DNA from: Phoronis australis
Lineage: Eukaryota > Animalia > Phoronida
Reading direction: 5' to 3'
Assembly: GCA_002633005.1 (NCBI GenBank)
Contig: NMRA01000509.1
Location: forward strand, 199,955 to 263,954
DNA: 64,000 bases
In this document: one piece after another, positions 50,580 through 64,000 of the stretch
How the letters are laid out: each line of letters opens with the position of its first letter
Position numbering within the stretch: the stretch's first letter is position 1
The notes under the pieces: generated by a model
The model's database searches: none
Seen by the model: only the letters and a program-made list of their open reading frames with translations
Told to the model about the DNA's origin: nothing
Translations under genes and position numbers: made by a program

Positions 50580-52810
50580 CTATAGATTCAGATACTCTTT
50601 CGAAAAAACGTTAATATGACACCTCCAATATCCCGATAGAATTTAGTAATAACGTGACATTTATTGAAGATATTTTATGTTTAATTGATTCATTATTGTA
50701 ATCCTTTGAACACGAGAACCAACTTAATACAGTGTATCAGTCATTCGTTGACAAATTAACTAAGGAAATGGATTCCTTGCTGGATTACAAGGAATATTAT
50801 CCGAGTCGTAAACTAAGAAAGTATTTCGGAACTTAACGATTCGTGGAAAAATTTAATTACATTGAAAACATCTTTCAAGACTCATGCGCCCACCCAGTCT
50901 TTAATATGGGGGCTCGAATTTCTGACGATGGGGACCTTTTGCTGACAAAAAGCCGGAGAAATAAAAAAAAAACGTGTACCACCTTCACTGTGCGAAAAAT
51001 GGGACCAAAACAGTTGAGAAGTTCCCCTAAAAGTCTTAGATTCAACTAATGAAATAAACTCTGATAGGAATTTTGTTCTAAATAAATGGAAAAGTGATTA
51101 CGAGCAATTACTTAAATGCACTTCTGAAAGTGCACCAGTTGGTGATAGATTTTCTTTGAAAACCTTGAATTTGCGCAAGCAGCTAGAAAATGATTATTCT
51201 AATAATTACAATTGATCATGGCATAAATTTTGAAATCTCTGTTCATGAGGTTAAAAATAACAAAACCGTCAGCTATGACTGTATACCTTATGATGTGTTA
51301 AAATTCGAAACCATTTTTGTTTTTCTAACCCAGTTGCTTAATGAATCTTTTAAACGTGGACTACTGCCGTGTAATTAGTATAAGGCAGTTATAATGCCGA
51401 TACCTAAGAATTCTACAGACGACCCTAGAATATCTTTGAACTACTGTGGGATTAGTCTTCTTTCAAATATTTATAAATTATTCAGTACAGTGTTGAATAA
51501 TAGAATTGTGGGTTTCTGTGAACAGAACAATATTTGAGTTGACCAGTAAATGGTTTTCGAAGCCAACGGTCCTGTATTGACTTATTTGTCCTTTCATCAA
51601 TTATTCAAACAAGAAAGTCGTCTAACCTTTCTACATTTGTGACATTTGTGGACATGAAAAAAGCTTTTGACTGGGGAAACCATGAACTTCTGTTTTATAA
51701 ATTACAACAAAATAATATTAATGGTAAAATGTATGATGCAATTCGTATGGTTTGCACAAGTCCGTTGAACTCTATGCGATTAAATGTTACTCTGTGTGGT
51801 GGTTGGTTCTCTCCTGAAAATGGTGTCCGACAGGGAGACATTTTATTACCGACACTCTTTGCCTTATATATTAATGAATTAGCTCTGGAAATTAAAATAT
51901 TGGGTAAAGGTTTCCAATGTGGCCCCAACAATATTTCATTGCTTCTTTATGCCGACGATATTGCACTTTTGTCTGAGAATGAACATGACATGCAAGATAT
52001 GTTGAAGGTCGTAAACAACTGGTGTAAAAAGTGGAGAATGGTTGTAAACACGGCAAACCTAACGTTGTCCATTTTCGAGCTAAGTGTATGCCTAGAAGCT
52101 AGTTTGGATTTATTTTAATCAGTGTCATTATTTGTAAATCCTCATACAAGTATTTAGGCCGTATTCTGGATCAACAACTTGACTTCAAAGAAAATTTGAA
52201 TACGTTATCTGAAGCCTCAAGTAGAGCGTTAGGGAAGATACGCTCAACATTCCATGTTAACAGGACTCCAAACGTTTAAAACATTATTCAGTTCGTGTGT
52301 GGCACCAGTTTTGGACTTCGGGTCATCTGTTTGGGGTTACAAAAATTTTGGTAATGATGAAATTACTCAAAACAGAGCTATGCGTTTTTAAATTAGGGTC
52401 AACTGATTTACAGCAACTCATGCTGTTATTGGTGATATGGGGTGGGAGTCGATCTGAAACAGACTTAAATTGAATATGTTGAGCCTTTGGAACAAATTAA
52501 TGATCCCAGGTGGTGATAGGTTACTGGAAAAAGGTATTTATATGGGAGTACTCTGTTGGTAGAAATGGTTGGATAGACGGTATCAAAAAATTTCAGTGTT
52601 TAACATAACTGGAATGCAATCCTGTTTTCAAAATTTGTAACAAAGTGCTAGAAACAAACTATTTGAATACTCGAAACATGTTTGGGGTGAGTCTGTTGTA
52701 ACAAAACCCAAGTTAAGAACCTACATTTTATTTAAGCACGAGTTTTTAACTGAACCCTATGTGAAGCTTAATCTATATCGTTCCGAGCGATCTCTTTTGA
52801 CTCGGTTTAA
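50580..52810 (+). mobile_element. Decayed non-LTR retrotransposon (RTEX-like) reverse transcriptase
   Basis: FVDMKKAFD, GVRQGDILLPTLFALYINEL, LLYADDIALL and C-terminal KPKLRTYILFK, with many stops and frameshifts. The clade assignment is from recalled motif similarity. Confidence 0.85.
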
Positions 52811-52812
52811 AA

Positions 52813-54180
52813 CAATACAATACAATACAATACAATACAATACAATACAATACAATACACACGCTTGCACTGGAGCAGCTTTTTCGTGTTAGCTGCGCCG
52901 GGTCATCTGTCTCTCGTGTATTATTATTATTTATTTATTGTAGTGACATAAGGGTGCCAGTAAATACAATCTCAAAGACAGAATATTCACCACACACCAC
53001 AGCCTCAATGGGCGTACTCAGTTAATAATTAAACCATTACATAACAAATTGCACGCGCTCAAATATGACCACTTCAGACTATTTTATAAACAAATACTTA
53101 CTTCTAAGCTGCAAAGCGTCTTGAATGACGCTAGACCGTTCAAGTTATTTTGGAATGTTTGAGGTACGGCATAATTCGTATAAAAATGGTCGAATGTGAG
53201 TATATTTTTCACAGTCAAAAATTATAATTCAACTTCATCTTCAATTCCGTTTTTACAAACACGACAAATCTGTTCATTCACAGGAATTCCGAAGTATCGC
53301 CCCACCTCAACCTCTAATGGTAGAATACCTGCTCTCAATCGAGCTATGACGGACCTCTGAGACACCGGTAGACGTAAATACTCTTCTATACAATAATCAT
53401 TCTTAACCGATCTATAAAAGTACAATTTTGGTTTCACAGTGATTATTTTTAACCAGTTTAACTCTTCTAACTGGAACCTGAATGTTTTGAAGTTTTCTAG
53501 AGACCCAATTTGTAAGTTCCTGAAGTTTCTAAAAAAATCGCATTTCTCCATAATTTTAACTATTGAACTTGATCAATTGCAGGAGTTCCGATGTTTAAAG
53601 TCCCATAAAAAGACTTCTTTGGAAATCTGCTTTCATCCATTAGAACTAAACGATTCCAGAGCCTTAGCATATGTTCATGTTGTTTGTAGTGTGAATTTGG
53701 TCAACCTGAGTTGCCACAAAATACTGCATTGGCAGCACACTTGTGGACCCCTAAAAATATACGTAGTGCTCTCGTTCTGATCATTTTGCATTTGGAGTAT
53801 TGAGAGTATCCTCAAATTCCAGATCCATATTCTAGAATTGAAGCTACTGACATTTCAAAACTCTTACTGTAACTGTTGAAACCCATGTTACCATTATGTT
53901 TTTACTTGCTCACCAGAGCTTCCAACGCTCTGGACGCAGAATCTGCCAGTATCCCAGCTGTCAAACAGAAATCCATAAACTCGTTCAGAGTTACAACCAG
54001 ATATTTATAACATTCTCTTAAATTCACCATGCGATCGCACAAAATGAATTCAAAACTCGTTCTTACATGTCCCCATCAGAATTGACACCTTTGCTACAAC
54101 TGTTCATATCATCAATCAAATCATTTATGAAAATTGAAAACAATGTAGGCGACAATGGATCTCCCTGTCTGACCCCTCTT
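52813..54180 (-). mobile_element. 5'-truncated RTEX-like LINE with a (TTGTA)n tail
   Basis: GVRQGDPLSPTLFSIFINDLI near 54110-54175 and QRSVIARLRAGILPLEVEVGRY...ICRVCKNGIEDE. A (TACAA)n tail lies at 52813-52858 on +. Confidence 0.85.
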
Positions 54181-54186
54181 TGTTAG

Positions 54187-56460
54187 TGGTGATATGGGGT
54201 GGGAGTTGACCGGAAACAGATTTAAATTGAATATGTTGAGTCTTTGGAACAAACAAATGACCACATGTGGTGATAGGTTACTGAAGAAGGTAATTATATG
54301 GGAGTACTCTGTTGGTAGAAATTAGTATTTTTCCACCACAGAGTTTGGTAAGTTTGCCGTTGCCATATTTAGTACGAAACGTAGCTGTTGTATGGCATTT
54401 TGCGTGGGTGCAAATATTTCGAAAATTGGTTCGTCTGTCGTGAGTGAATCGATACCATCCTATCCGAGATCTACGCAGCTGTTCGGCTCGAAGGCTGCTT
54501 TACCTGACACGATTGTTTTACTTAGTAACTGCATTATGAATCGACATTGATGTCTAACGTTGGCGATGTTTCTAATTGGTGACGTTCCTTGAGCAAACCA
54601 CTTGATTTTTACTGTCCCGGCAGCCGATCAGCTGCTCAGGTTGTGGTTAGTGCGGTAATGTGTTGCTCACAACGATGATGTCAATAGACCAGTCTACTGT
54701 GATTCGTCGAGAGGATAAAAGGGGTTTCCGATGGGGGCACATAATATGGGGGGGCTAAAATATGTAGTACTTAGTTAGTGGTTGTGTGGAATAAAACGAA
54801 ACAAAGATATGTTGCATGTGTTTAACATATCTAAAAGGCAGTTGGCCCATTGTTGCCTGTCTTTAAGTTTACTAGATTTTTACTGCTTTTTTTCGAGCAT
54901 CTCACTGTAAATTGCCCTTGTAAGTACAACAGGTCTAACTGTAAAATACGTCTACTGAATTCCAAAGGACAACAATCCTGAATCGGCCATTGATACGGCA
55001 ACAATGGGTTACTCTCGGAAACCTTGCTCACAGTGAGAGCGCTCGCTTCCGTAGTTGTGGACCAGGGGCGGATCCAGGATTTTGAGGGCAGAGTATTAGC
55101 CAGGATTTTACCCGTCAGACATTCGCACCGAACTGCCAAATGGAATCTGGCAGAATTTTAGGGGGCCGTGGCTCCCATGGCCTTCTGCTAAATCCGCTTA
55201 CCTAACAACGCAGCATCAACTCCATTCTGTTCCAAGCTATCCAAACGACATGCGCACAACCAACTTCTCGAGGGTGAGGAGTCACATTTCCTAAAGGGTC
55301 TAGATGAAAGAAGTGTGCCAGATGTAATTTTACCAATATTAACGACACACTCAATGCCGTTATGAAACCTTTTCATTGAAATCAGAAGTCGAATAACTGT
55401 TATATGTACCAGTTGTAGTTACATACAAACTGATGTATGTTACTTCACATACAATTCAAACTATTAATCGGGCTACTGATTTTCACTAATAACGAAACAA
55501 TCTTCCTAAACGCAGAAGCGAAACTGGGAAAAAGTCATTTTCCTACAGCGGGCCCTTTTTATGGAACTCTTTCCCTGCAGATGCCAAATCTACATCATCC
55601 TTTCTAACCTTTAAAAGAATTAGAAGAAATAGATTTGACTTCATGTAGTGTCTAAGAATTGCTTGTTTGTTCATTTGTTATTGATATACTGTCTTACTTT
55701 TATTAATTATCTATTGACTGTTTTTAAATTTTTATATTTATATTTATATTTTATTTAATTATCTGATCTTAATTTCTTTATCTTCTATTTGTCATATTTT
55801 ATTTTTTATTTTGCTTCATCAGTCTTTCCGTGTTAATTTCTTATTCTTTGCTTATTACTTAAATTTGTCTTTCATTGTGTAATTCTGTTTTTGTCTTACT
55901 ATCTGTTTGTTTTTTACTGAGGGCCCCCATGGAAAGCAGTGTGGACTGATGGGGCTACCCTCATTGTAAATATTACATTAATAATAATAGTAATGATGAT
56001 GATAATGATAATGATAATAATAAGGAATGCCAGTCATAGGAGAGAGACACAACTGTGCACCGGTACATCTCTAATTTTTCGGATTTCCTGAGCAAACACC
56101 GTGATGACTTTCTCTAATACCCGTCACACTGGATGTGCAGTGCCACTGTGGTGCTTGTACGGCATAAACCGCAGTGGCACCGCCATGATCGCGGTGGTTC
56201 CGCCTTTGGTCGCCGTAGCACCGCAGAAAACTGTCAAAACCGCAGATCTTCGCTGTGACACGGCGGAAACTTCGAACATGTTCAAAATCTCCGCAGTGCC
56301 AACGCGGGTTGGGCCAATCCGCAGTGGTATCGCCACGACACCGTAATGACCGCCGCGGCACCATAAGGACCTCAGTAGCACTTCCCTCACCGCAGTATTT
56401 CCGCAGTTCAACCGCCCTGCAATCGCTTAAAACGTAGACTGGCGTCTACGGCGATACGGT
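54187..56460 (-). repeat. Inverted copy of 46683-48262, with two extra internal blocks
   Basis: Colinear reverse-complement similarity. The blocks ~55195-55400 and ~55495-56022 are absent from the other copy. Confidence 0.88.
55495..56022 (+). mobile_element. 3' end of an L2/CR1-group LINE
   Basis: RSETGKKSFSYSGPFLWNSFP...SFLTFKR, a T-rich UTR, a GAGGGCCCCCAT...ATGGGGCTACCCTC hairpin and an (AAT/GAT)n tail. Confidence 0.75.
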
Positions 56461-56588
56461 GGCGCGATGAAAATCACATTTGTGACGGGTAGGGAGAACT
56501 ATAAAACACTATACTGGCGGTGTCACTACGGTGATGGCGGTTTTGACCAAAAACCGTAGTGGAACCGCGCCTCTGGTGTGACGGGAGC
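56118..56588. mobile_element. Harbinger-type MITE (truncated copies at ~44670-45022 and ~46683-47043)
   Basis: TIR CCCGTCACAC / GTGTGACGGG, TAA/TTA flanks and a GC-rich CGGCGGT motif interior. Confidence 0.7.
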
Positions 56589-56609
56589 TTAAGTCAACTG
56601 TTTTCCAAA

Positions 56610-59600
56610 TAGTCCAGTCATTCTAGGGCTCCAGAGGGCCCAACCTAGAAAAATTGTAACACAAGGTTTTTTGCTTAAATGGCATCCTCAAACATCCGTT
56701 GGTGCCAGAAGAAAGTCTACCGAAATCGGAGTGGCGGAAGTTTGTTTTTCAGGATGGCGGAAAACATGGCCGCATAAACCGGTGTTTATTGCTTTCTGGC
56801 ATGTTACTCATATGTAACATCTGGAAATAAAACAATAAAGTTTGTAATTGATTTTATACTGTTCGTAACAGGCATACCAATCAAAAGATGCCAATTTTCC
56901 ATAAAAGAAAACCAATATGGCCAACACAATGGCGGCCGAAACCGCAATTTGGTAAATGTTGTAAGATTTCTTTTTATATTTTGCCCTGAAAATGGCTAAA
57001 TTTTTATTCTTTTGTAAGTTAGACAATTGAAAATATCTGAACCTTACAATTGGTCACTGGTTGGAGAGAAAAAAATCAAGATGCCTGACAAAAAGGCCGC
57101 CAAAATGGCCGCCAATTTAAAAACCCCAATATATAGCATTTACGTTCTGCAAACTTTGTTTATAACCTGATAGGCAATTACACAAAAACATTTTACAATC
57201 TACAGTCAGGGTTAATGAGTTGATTGTTTCTATAATTTGTTTTTCAGATTTAGATACTAAATGTGGAATTTTAATCCCATTTCTGATTACATAACATAAA
57301 ATTTGTTGTGTTTTTCAGAAAAGGCTTTAGTTAAATTTTCATAATAAATTTCACACACTCAATTATTTTTCTGTAAAACATATTCATTTGAGGTACCAAA
57401 AACAACATTTCTTAGAAAAATATGAAATTCTGGTGGAGTTATTGGCTTATTAATTACACAAACCCAGAATAAAATTGGACAGGAAGTGGCTTTTTTCACT
57501 GCTATTGGAGATATTATTAGATGTTCCCAAACAATGATTTCCTTTGCTGCTGGCATGTGTTGAGAATTTGGCTGTTGATTTCATCTGAATTTGATGAAAA
57601 GCAAATAAAATTGTGTAACAAAAAGTTAATAATTAAATTTTAATATTTAGTACTCACAATTTGTTTAATATACATGCTTTTCGTGAACATAGGTAACTGA
57701 TTTTAGAGGAAATTAGTGCCAGCAAACAAAATGACAGTGATCTGCAGTCACTTGTTCTTAGCCAGGCTTGGCAGATTTCATACTGAGATGAGCTTTCTGG
57801 GATGTATTGGATATGTAATGTCAGGCACAGGGCTTCAAGAAGTTCTTGAGACGATGCATGCATCAAACAGTGTGATCCTTATGTCCCACTTCCAAATATT
57901 GACAGTTCAAGTAATGTCAATCCAGAACAAATGAAGAAAGAGGTTCTGGTTCTTCAGAAATCTCAGAAGTCCCGACTATCACCAATGCTGAACACACAGA
58001 TTCCGTGCTAAGAGGGGGAGCAATCCAATGCTTGTACACCGATGTTGGCTCATTAGAATATGGAGACAGATTCTTCAGACAACCCGACTGATCACATAAC
58101 TACAGTAGATGTATACGCTTGGGTATGCAATGCACAGCCAGTGTCCTCCGATTCTGAACCTTGAATTACAGTGGAATACCCTCACGAGAATTCACTTTTG
58201 GCTTCCGACCTACTGCCACTGGTATAGTCAAACACAATTGAATCAGAGTATAGGTCTTCAGAATTCGCAATGACAGTGACAGAAGAATCAATGGCCAATG
58301 CTATACTTGGTGATGATTTAAGAGTTGATCTGAAGCTGTATGATGACCTTATTGCTGGCAAGACGTCTGTGTACGGCGATGTATGCTCGTCAGAGTGTCT
58401 TGTAGGTATCCATCAAAATCGAAGCACATAAATTAGACTTGTCCTTGCAAAGTCGAATCATTTGTCTTTGGCTACAGTATATGAAGATGATTGACACCCT
58501 TCGACTTTTTTAAAAGCATAAATAACGTCAGATTGGGAGCTTCACCTAAAAGCAGTTTCTGAAATGCTGCCTTACTTTGCTCCTGCTGGTCACAACTCTT
58601 ATGCAAAATCTGCACACATATACCTGCAGCAGACGCAGCAACTCGAAGACACCCGTCCAGATGTCATAAGACAAAGTGACAGATTTTGGGCAGGGTTGTC
58701 ATATGATCTTGTAATTCAACAAACGAACATGAAAAGCGTTAAAGTACCAGGAGCTTTAAGTAGAGGTTGCGAAATGGGAGATAACGCAGAGTGCATTTTG
58801 GCTGATTTCCTTGCCGGCATCCTCAAGTATAAATGGTGCCATGCAGACTGTGACAAACTTGAGATGTGAAACATCTCAGCAACATAAAGTATGAACCCAT
58901 GCAAGACAGTCGCGTAACGACAAAGACTTCAGCAACCTTGTTGAATTCCTCCACAACAGAAACCCAATTTAAAGAGAAACTTTACAGTACATCGTCACTG
59001 GTGTGACTACAGGCACGCGCGTCAATGCCAAAAATGGCAGAGAAGTAGGAATGACGATTCGCTTGTCTATGGAGGGGTCAAGTGGAAAGGACTTCACATT
59101 CAGAAAGAAAGACAAGGCTGCGGCAATTACAAGTCAATCATTTCATGTTGCTAAGAGTAATTTTACACAAGTGAATTCACGACTGCTATTTCAGCGAATC
59201 CTGACAGCTGCAAAAGACAACAGTGAAAGTACATGAAGCCTTTTGAAGTGTGAAGTGTGAACTGTGTGTTGGTTCCCCTACTCTTTTTGATACATCTGGT
59301 CTTCCCAAAGTCTCTAATAAATCAGTAATTGCTGATGCAAACTGGTCCAGCTGGGGACTACCTGAGGATTTCAGTTTCCAGAAAACACGGTGATGCATGT
59401 AATCGACGACGGTTCTCTCCTTCATCGTATTCCATGGCCTAGAGGTGCAACGTTTCAGTCGCTTGGCAGAGCTTATGTGGATTACATCAGCAAGTGCACC
59501 CAGCCTACTGTTGTTTTTGATGGTTACTGAGATGAACCATCAACTGAAGATGTTCCCCATGTTCGAAGACTGGGTGGGGTAGCTGGAACTGATGTTCACT

Positions 59601-60500
59601 GCAATGGTGACATGGTGATCAAGCCAATGTTAGAAAATTTGTTGGCAACTAGCAAAAACAAACAATCATTCATTCACTTCTTGTCAAGTTTGATAGGAAA
59701 TGCTGGTTGCACAATGGTACAAGCTCAAGGTGACGCAGATGTTTTAATTGTAATAAGTAGAAACAACAGTAGAGAGCGCAGCACAAGGTCCAATTACCCT
59801 CATTGCAGACGATTTTTGTTGTTTTTTGTGTTACCATGCCACTTCACAACAATTTCCAATGTTCATGAAATTTGATAAGAGGCACCAAAGTATGAGGAGA
59901 GTCTGGGACATCAAAAAACTACAGTTGTCTCTTGGAGCCGACTTGGGCAGTTTTGCCATTTGTGCATGCAAAGGCTCCCCATTTAAGAAACTGCATGATC
60001 GAGAATTCTGCGAAAACGCTAGAGTATTCACTAGGCCCATGCAGCTGAAGCAAGACATATTTGAAGCTGGTAAGAGTTGTGCCTATGCTCTATGGCGGTA
60101 CTGGCTCTGGAAACTTGGATGACTTGCGATGCAGGCGATTTGTAGATGAGGTGTCAGACTAGCCCCAGTCCAAATACAGTCATTACCACCAACTTTCTTC
60201 AGTAGATAAATTCCATTGTGCCGGGACATATTATCAAGACCAAGAGTGGTCAAGTTTCCTTGGCAGTGGCCTAGACTCGCTGTATTGGGGACAGATGCTG
60301 GCAGGTGGAAAATTCATTCCCACGACGACGGACAGTCAGCAGCACCAGAGAACCTGCTGAAACTAGTAAGATGCTCTTGTATGTCCAAGTGCAGTTCCAA
60401 GAGAGGCTCTTGCAAGAGGTTAGGATTGCCGTGCTCGGTTGCATGTGGAGAATGCCGTGGTTTAAGCTGCAACAACTCATTCTCAGTTGACAGAGATTAG
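56610..60500 (+). mobile_element. Decayed Academ-like DNA transposon
   Basis: LGRFHTEMSFLGCIGYVMSGTGL, MLPYFAPAGHNSYAKSAHIYLQ, RQSDRFWAGLSYDLVI, GDADVLIV and a C-terminal Cys cluster APENLLKLVRCSC...CSVACGECRGLSCNN. Heavily frameshifted. TAG terminus with AAAATGGC-rich subterminal repeats. Confidence 0.75.
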
Positions 60501-60621
60501 TTGTGTAAATAGTCCAGACGCATTTCCTGAAAAGAGCCCTGTATAAGGTTCTAGAAGCATTTTTTAGTAAAAGTTGGGAACAAGACTTTTTCACACAATC
60601 AAGGTATGGCGAATTCAACTA

Positions 60622-63600
60622 ACCCTGTTCACAAGCCGAATTTTGCAATTTTGACCATCTAATTTGCATAAACAAAATGGCGGCCAAATTGTCAAGTTCA
60701 GATGTATTTTTGTAATAGAAATCACCATATACCATTTAAAATGGTACACTTCTTATAAATACTTCTTGAGCAATACATCACTTATGAATACTAAAAAAAT
60801 GCAACTCTGAAAACTAATTATGCAAATTAGGTGCCGCTATTACCATACAATGTAATTTGCGTCTTAAGTTTGTGTTCCTGCAGGCTAACTTGGAAAAATG
60901 AGTTGTTTATACTTATATTTTCAAGGTCAACAAACATGCTACAGACATTTTTGGAGCAATTTATTTTATATTTTTTGGGTTATAGATGTATACTTTCAGA
61001 ATGTGGAAAAAACGTCATTAATCTGCAATTCTCGTCAAGCTTGTGTCACTATTTTGATGGAATATAGGAAAAATGTTCACACTATCCCGTTATCTTCCAT
61101 TCACAAAAAATTAATATAGTTATTGTTATTGAAGACATTAAATTCTCAGTTGCATGAATTATTTTCAGGCCTGCTGAACACAGTTTTAGCATTCACTTTT
61201 TGGTACTTTTTAACATGCCTAAAACCAGGCAAATCAAACTGTTCGCATACAAGGAATGTGCTGCTGGCACGAGCATAATGATATGCAATGTCTGCTGTTG
61301 CGTTGTTTCTGGCATCCACACAATACCATCTCCAGGCAGCTGTCTGGAATAGAACTCTGTGTCATCAGTATGGGCTGCAAGCATAAGTTTGTGTGTCCCT
61401 CCCATATCAGAGGGTGCTGGAAGTTCAGGTATGGAACAATGATCATTTCGCCATACCTTGACCTGATAGTGCACTCTCATCAGATAGAAACGGCGGGCAT
61501 TATGGGTGAGGGGGAAGGACTTCTGGGTTCACGGGGTTGAAGAATAGTAAATGGTGTGATACATCTACAGGTCGTGTTGTATATTCTGCAGACAAATACT
61601 TCTGAAGCCATCGTAATTTGCTCAGTGATTTCACCAATGCAGGGGTTCTTAAGCAATCTATGATGCTCTAGGAACACCTTCCATGATGATTGTTTCATGT
61701 GATTGGCAAAGTACGAGTTGGTGCCAAACCCGGTAACGGCATGAAAAGCAAACAAGGATGTTGCTGAGTCTCTTTGTAGTTTGTTAAAAAGTGCTTCAGT
61801 ATGTATATATCGTCATTTCTTTGATGTGCCTGACATCATACAGATATGCTCACTTTGCATTTGTTGGAAGTGCGATACCAGAAGCAATAGAACATCGGGT
61901 GTCCCTGGAAATACGACTGACTGTGGACAGCATGCAGTACCAGTCTTGCATCTGCTTCTTCATGTGTGGATTTCAGAGTCCTCAAATCAGTCATAACCTT
62001 AGACGATTTAATTTACTTCCAGCTCATCTTTGAACCCTCCTGCAACCATAAACTCTTTATCTTCAGGCGTCTACAAACACAGTTCCTCTGACAAGAAATG
62101 TGCTAGGTCTTCTTTATTCTCAGCCAGTGCCCGAAAATTTGACCAGTTTTGAGGAAGAGGTACACCACGGCCTTCCAAAATCACCTGATTTTCTGTATTC
62201 CTTTACTACGCTGTTTTCCTGTTGTGTATTTCATAGTTTCTTGTCTGTATCTGTCAAATACAATGTCAATTTTATGATATCGAAATCCTGTGTTTAGTAC
62301 TGTTTTCATGAATAATCAGCCAGGTTCTCGAAGGTCACATCACCATCAAGCTTCCCAAGAGCTACCAGCAATACTTCGCCATCAAAAATGAGGCAAGCGG
62401 GCGAGCCATGAAGTTGAATTCTTTTAGGACAGTCGATGTGTTAACTATTAATACCAAGTGAAGATTTATCTCCAGTGCGCAATGTGCCACTCTTTTCTGT
62501 AAGAAAACATGGACGGGAAGAAGCTCGCAAATCAACTGGCTGACCCACCTCATAAGCCGTAGCTAGGCAGCGAAGTATATCTCTCTCTGCCTTAAGAACT
62601 ATTTTCTTGTCTTTGTCTTTGGATTGTTTCACCACATCATGTATGTTGGCAAATGTTGGGGCATTAATTTTGCGCATAGGCGCGTGAATTGACATGTCTG
62701 AATTATCGCATTGGCTCAGTGATAATCGGTCTCGACCAAATTTTTGTTTGTGTCCAAGTTCCTTGGCATGTAAAAGTGACTCTTGGATTAGTGCTGTTAC
62801 TAGGTCTTTTGTTGCAAGGCTTTGTAGCAGCTAAGGCCTTGAGGATGAGAAGACCTTCAATCCATGGAATGCGTAAAGAAGGGAACTCTCGACAGTTGCC
62901 TCGTGGCTTCGTTATGAAACTATGTACTCCCACAGCAGTAAGTTTGTTCAGCTATATGAGATTTCAGATTAAATGAGAGTGTCCACCTCCATAGAGCTGA
63001 CGAGGTTTTGGTATTACCGATGATACCATCTCCTTTTTGCCTGCCCCATTTACCCACTGGTCAGAATCTACATGACAAAGCATTTGAGGAGATCGCTTGA
63101 CAACAAAATTTCCTGCTTGAAACTCTGACCAAACAGACTGTGGAAGCTGATGTATCTCCGCTAAAAAGACCGCACCCCATTCGGGCATAATTTGGTGAGG
63201 CAGCACGAGAGTAAATTAATAGAGATGCAGTTCCAAAATACCATCCTGTTGAGAGCATGTGTACTTTAACAATATTGGAACCATGTACATGTAACTCCAC
63301 CAGAAGCTGAAATTCACATCATCAGAACTACTGTTGACAAAATGCCCAGGAGTTTCCTGAACTTATCCTAATTGAGAAATGTTAAAAACTCCGGAATTTT
63401 CTGTGGATCATCATCTGCAGACATACTGGTAATACAAGCATGGCAGTCGCTTCTGCAATAAACGAGAGAAGGCTTGACACATGCAGGAGATGCCACAGAG
63501 CTTGCAAAGACAGTTTGTGTGCCCTCATACTGTAGCGTTGCTGTACGACTTTCCACTAAGGACCAGTTCCATAGGTTTTGACCAAGTACTTCACTCTCTA

Positions 63601-64000
63601 TACACACCTCAGCTATACCGGAATCACTCATGTGATCTTCTGTGGCCTCGATGAAGTTCACTGATACATGAAGAACCACTAAAGAAGGTACTGTATTAAC
63701 ATATTTTGGTATTCTGGGACCGACCACGTAAGCTCCATTAATCTGCAGCAGAGTGCTTGGTCGACTGTGAGGACGGTACGTTCCTGTCCAAAATGGGACG
63801 ATATGGCCATGCATCTCTTTACAACAGTATTTAAAAGTCATGTTGTTATGTTTACAATACTTTTATGTCTTATCTAAATAGTGAGATGTTCGCAAAAAAC
63901 ATTGATAATTATGATTTCTAATTTAATTTTCAGACTTTATAAATGAGCATTTGTAACTTAGTGAAGATGAAATAAAAAGCTTCACATGTGTCATAATGAT
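60622..64000 (-). mobile_element. Second decayed Academ-like transposase (different subfamily), convergent with the first
   Basis: FQAGNFVVKRS, LKAERDILRCL, AFHAVTG..TNSYF, RVHYQVKVW and IPDSCLEMVLCGC, fragmented over several frames. Boundaries are approximate. Confidence 0.7.

Overview
This is AT-rich, intron-containing animal (invertebrate-like) genomic DNA from a draft assembly, not prokaryotic DNA. It has 3 sized N-gaps and 5 single-N joins. Three host genes are recognisable. (1) The last two coding exons of a Cu/Zn superoxide dismutase lie on the minus strand (14900-15611). (2) Eight spliced exons encode the TMD2 end and the complete NBD2 of an ABCC/MRP1-like exporter on the plus strand (19552-38517). 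(3) An intact single-exon DNAI2-like axonemal dynein intermediate chain lies at 41999-43795. The SOD and ABCC genes point away from each other and neither has visible 5' exons; between them is a Harbinger element broken by single-N joins. The rest is largely nested transposon debris: a hAT relic enclosing an 8.3-kb TTAA-flanked Kolobok-like element with decayed P2X7-tail-like (KolX) exons, non-autonomous Kolobok/THAP elements, an ISL2EU-like element, Helentron-type HINEs, LINE fragments, two Academ-like transposase relics and many minisatellites. The most unusual structure is a ~2-kb element (46473-48452) with outward-facing inverted tRNA-like arms and a putative 9-bp TSD. Its centre carries an inverted ~1.6-kb copy of neighbouring DNA between ~44-bp direct repeats. 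All assignments were made by eye, without database searches.
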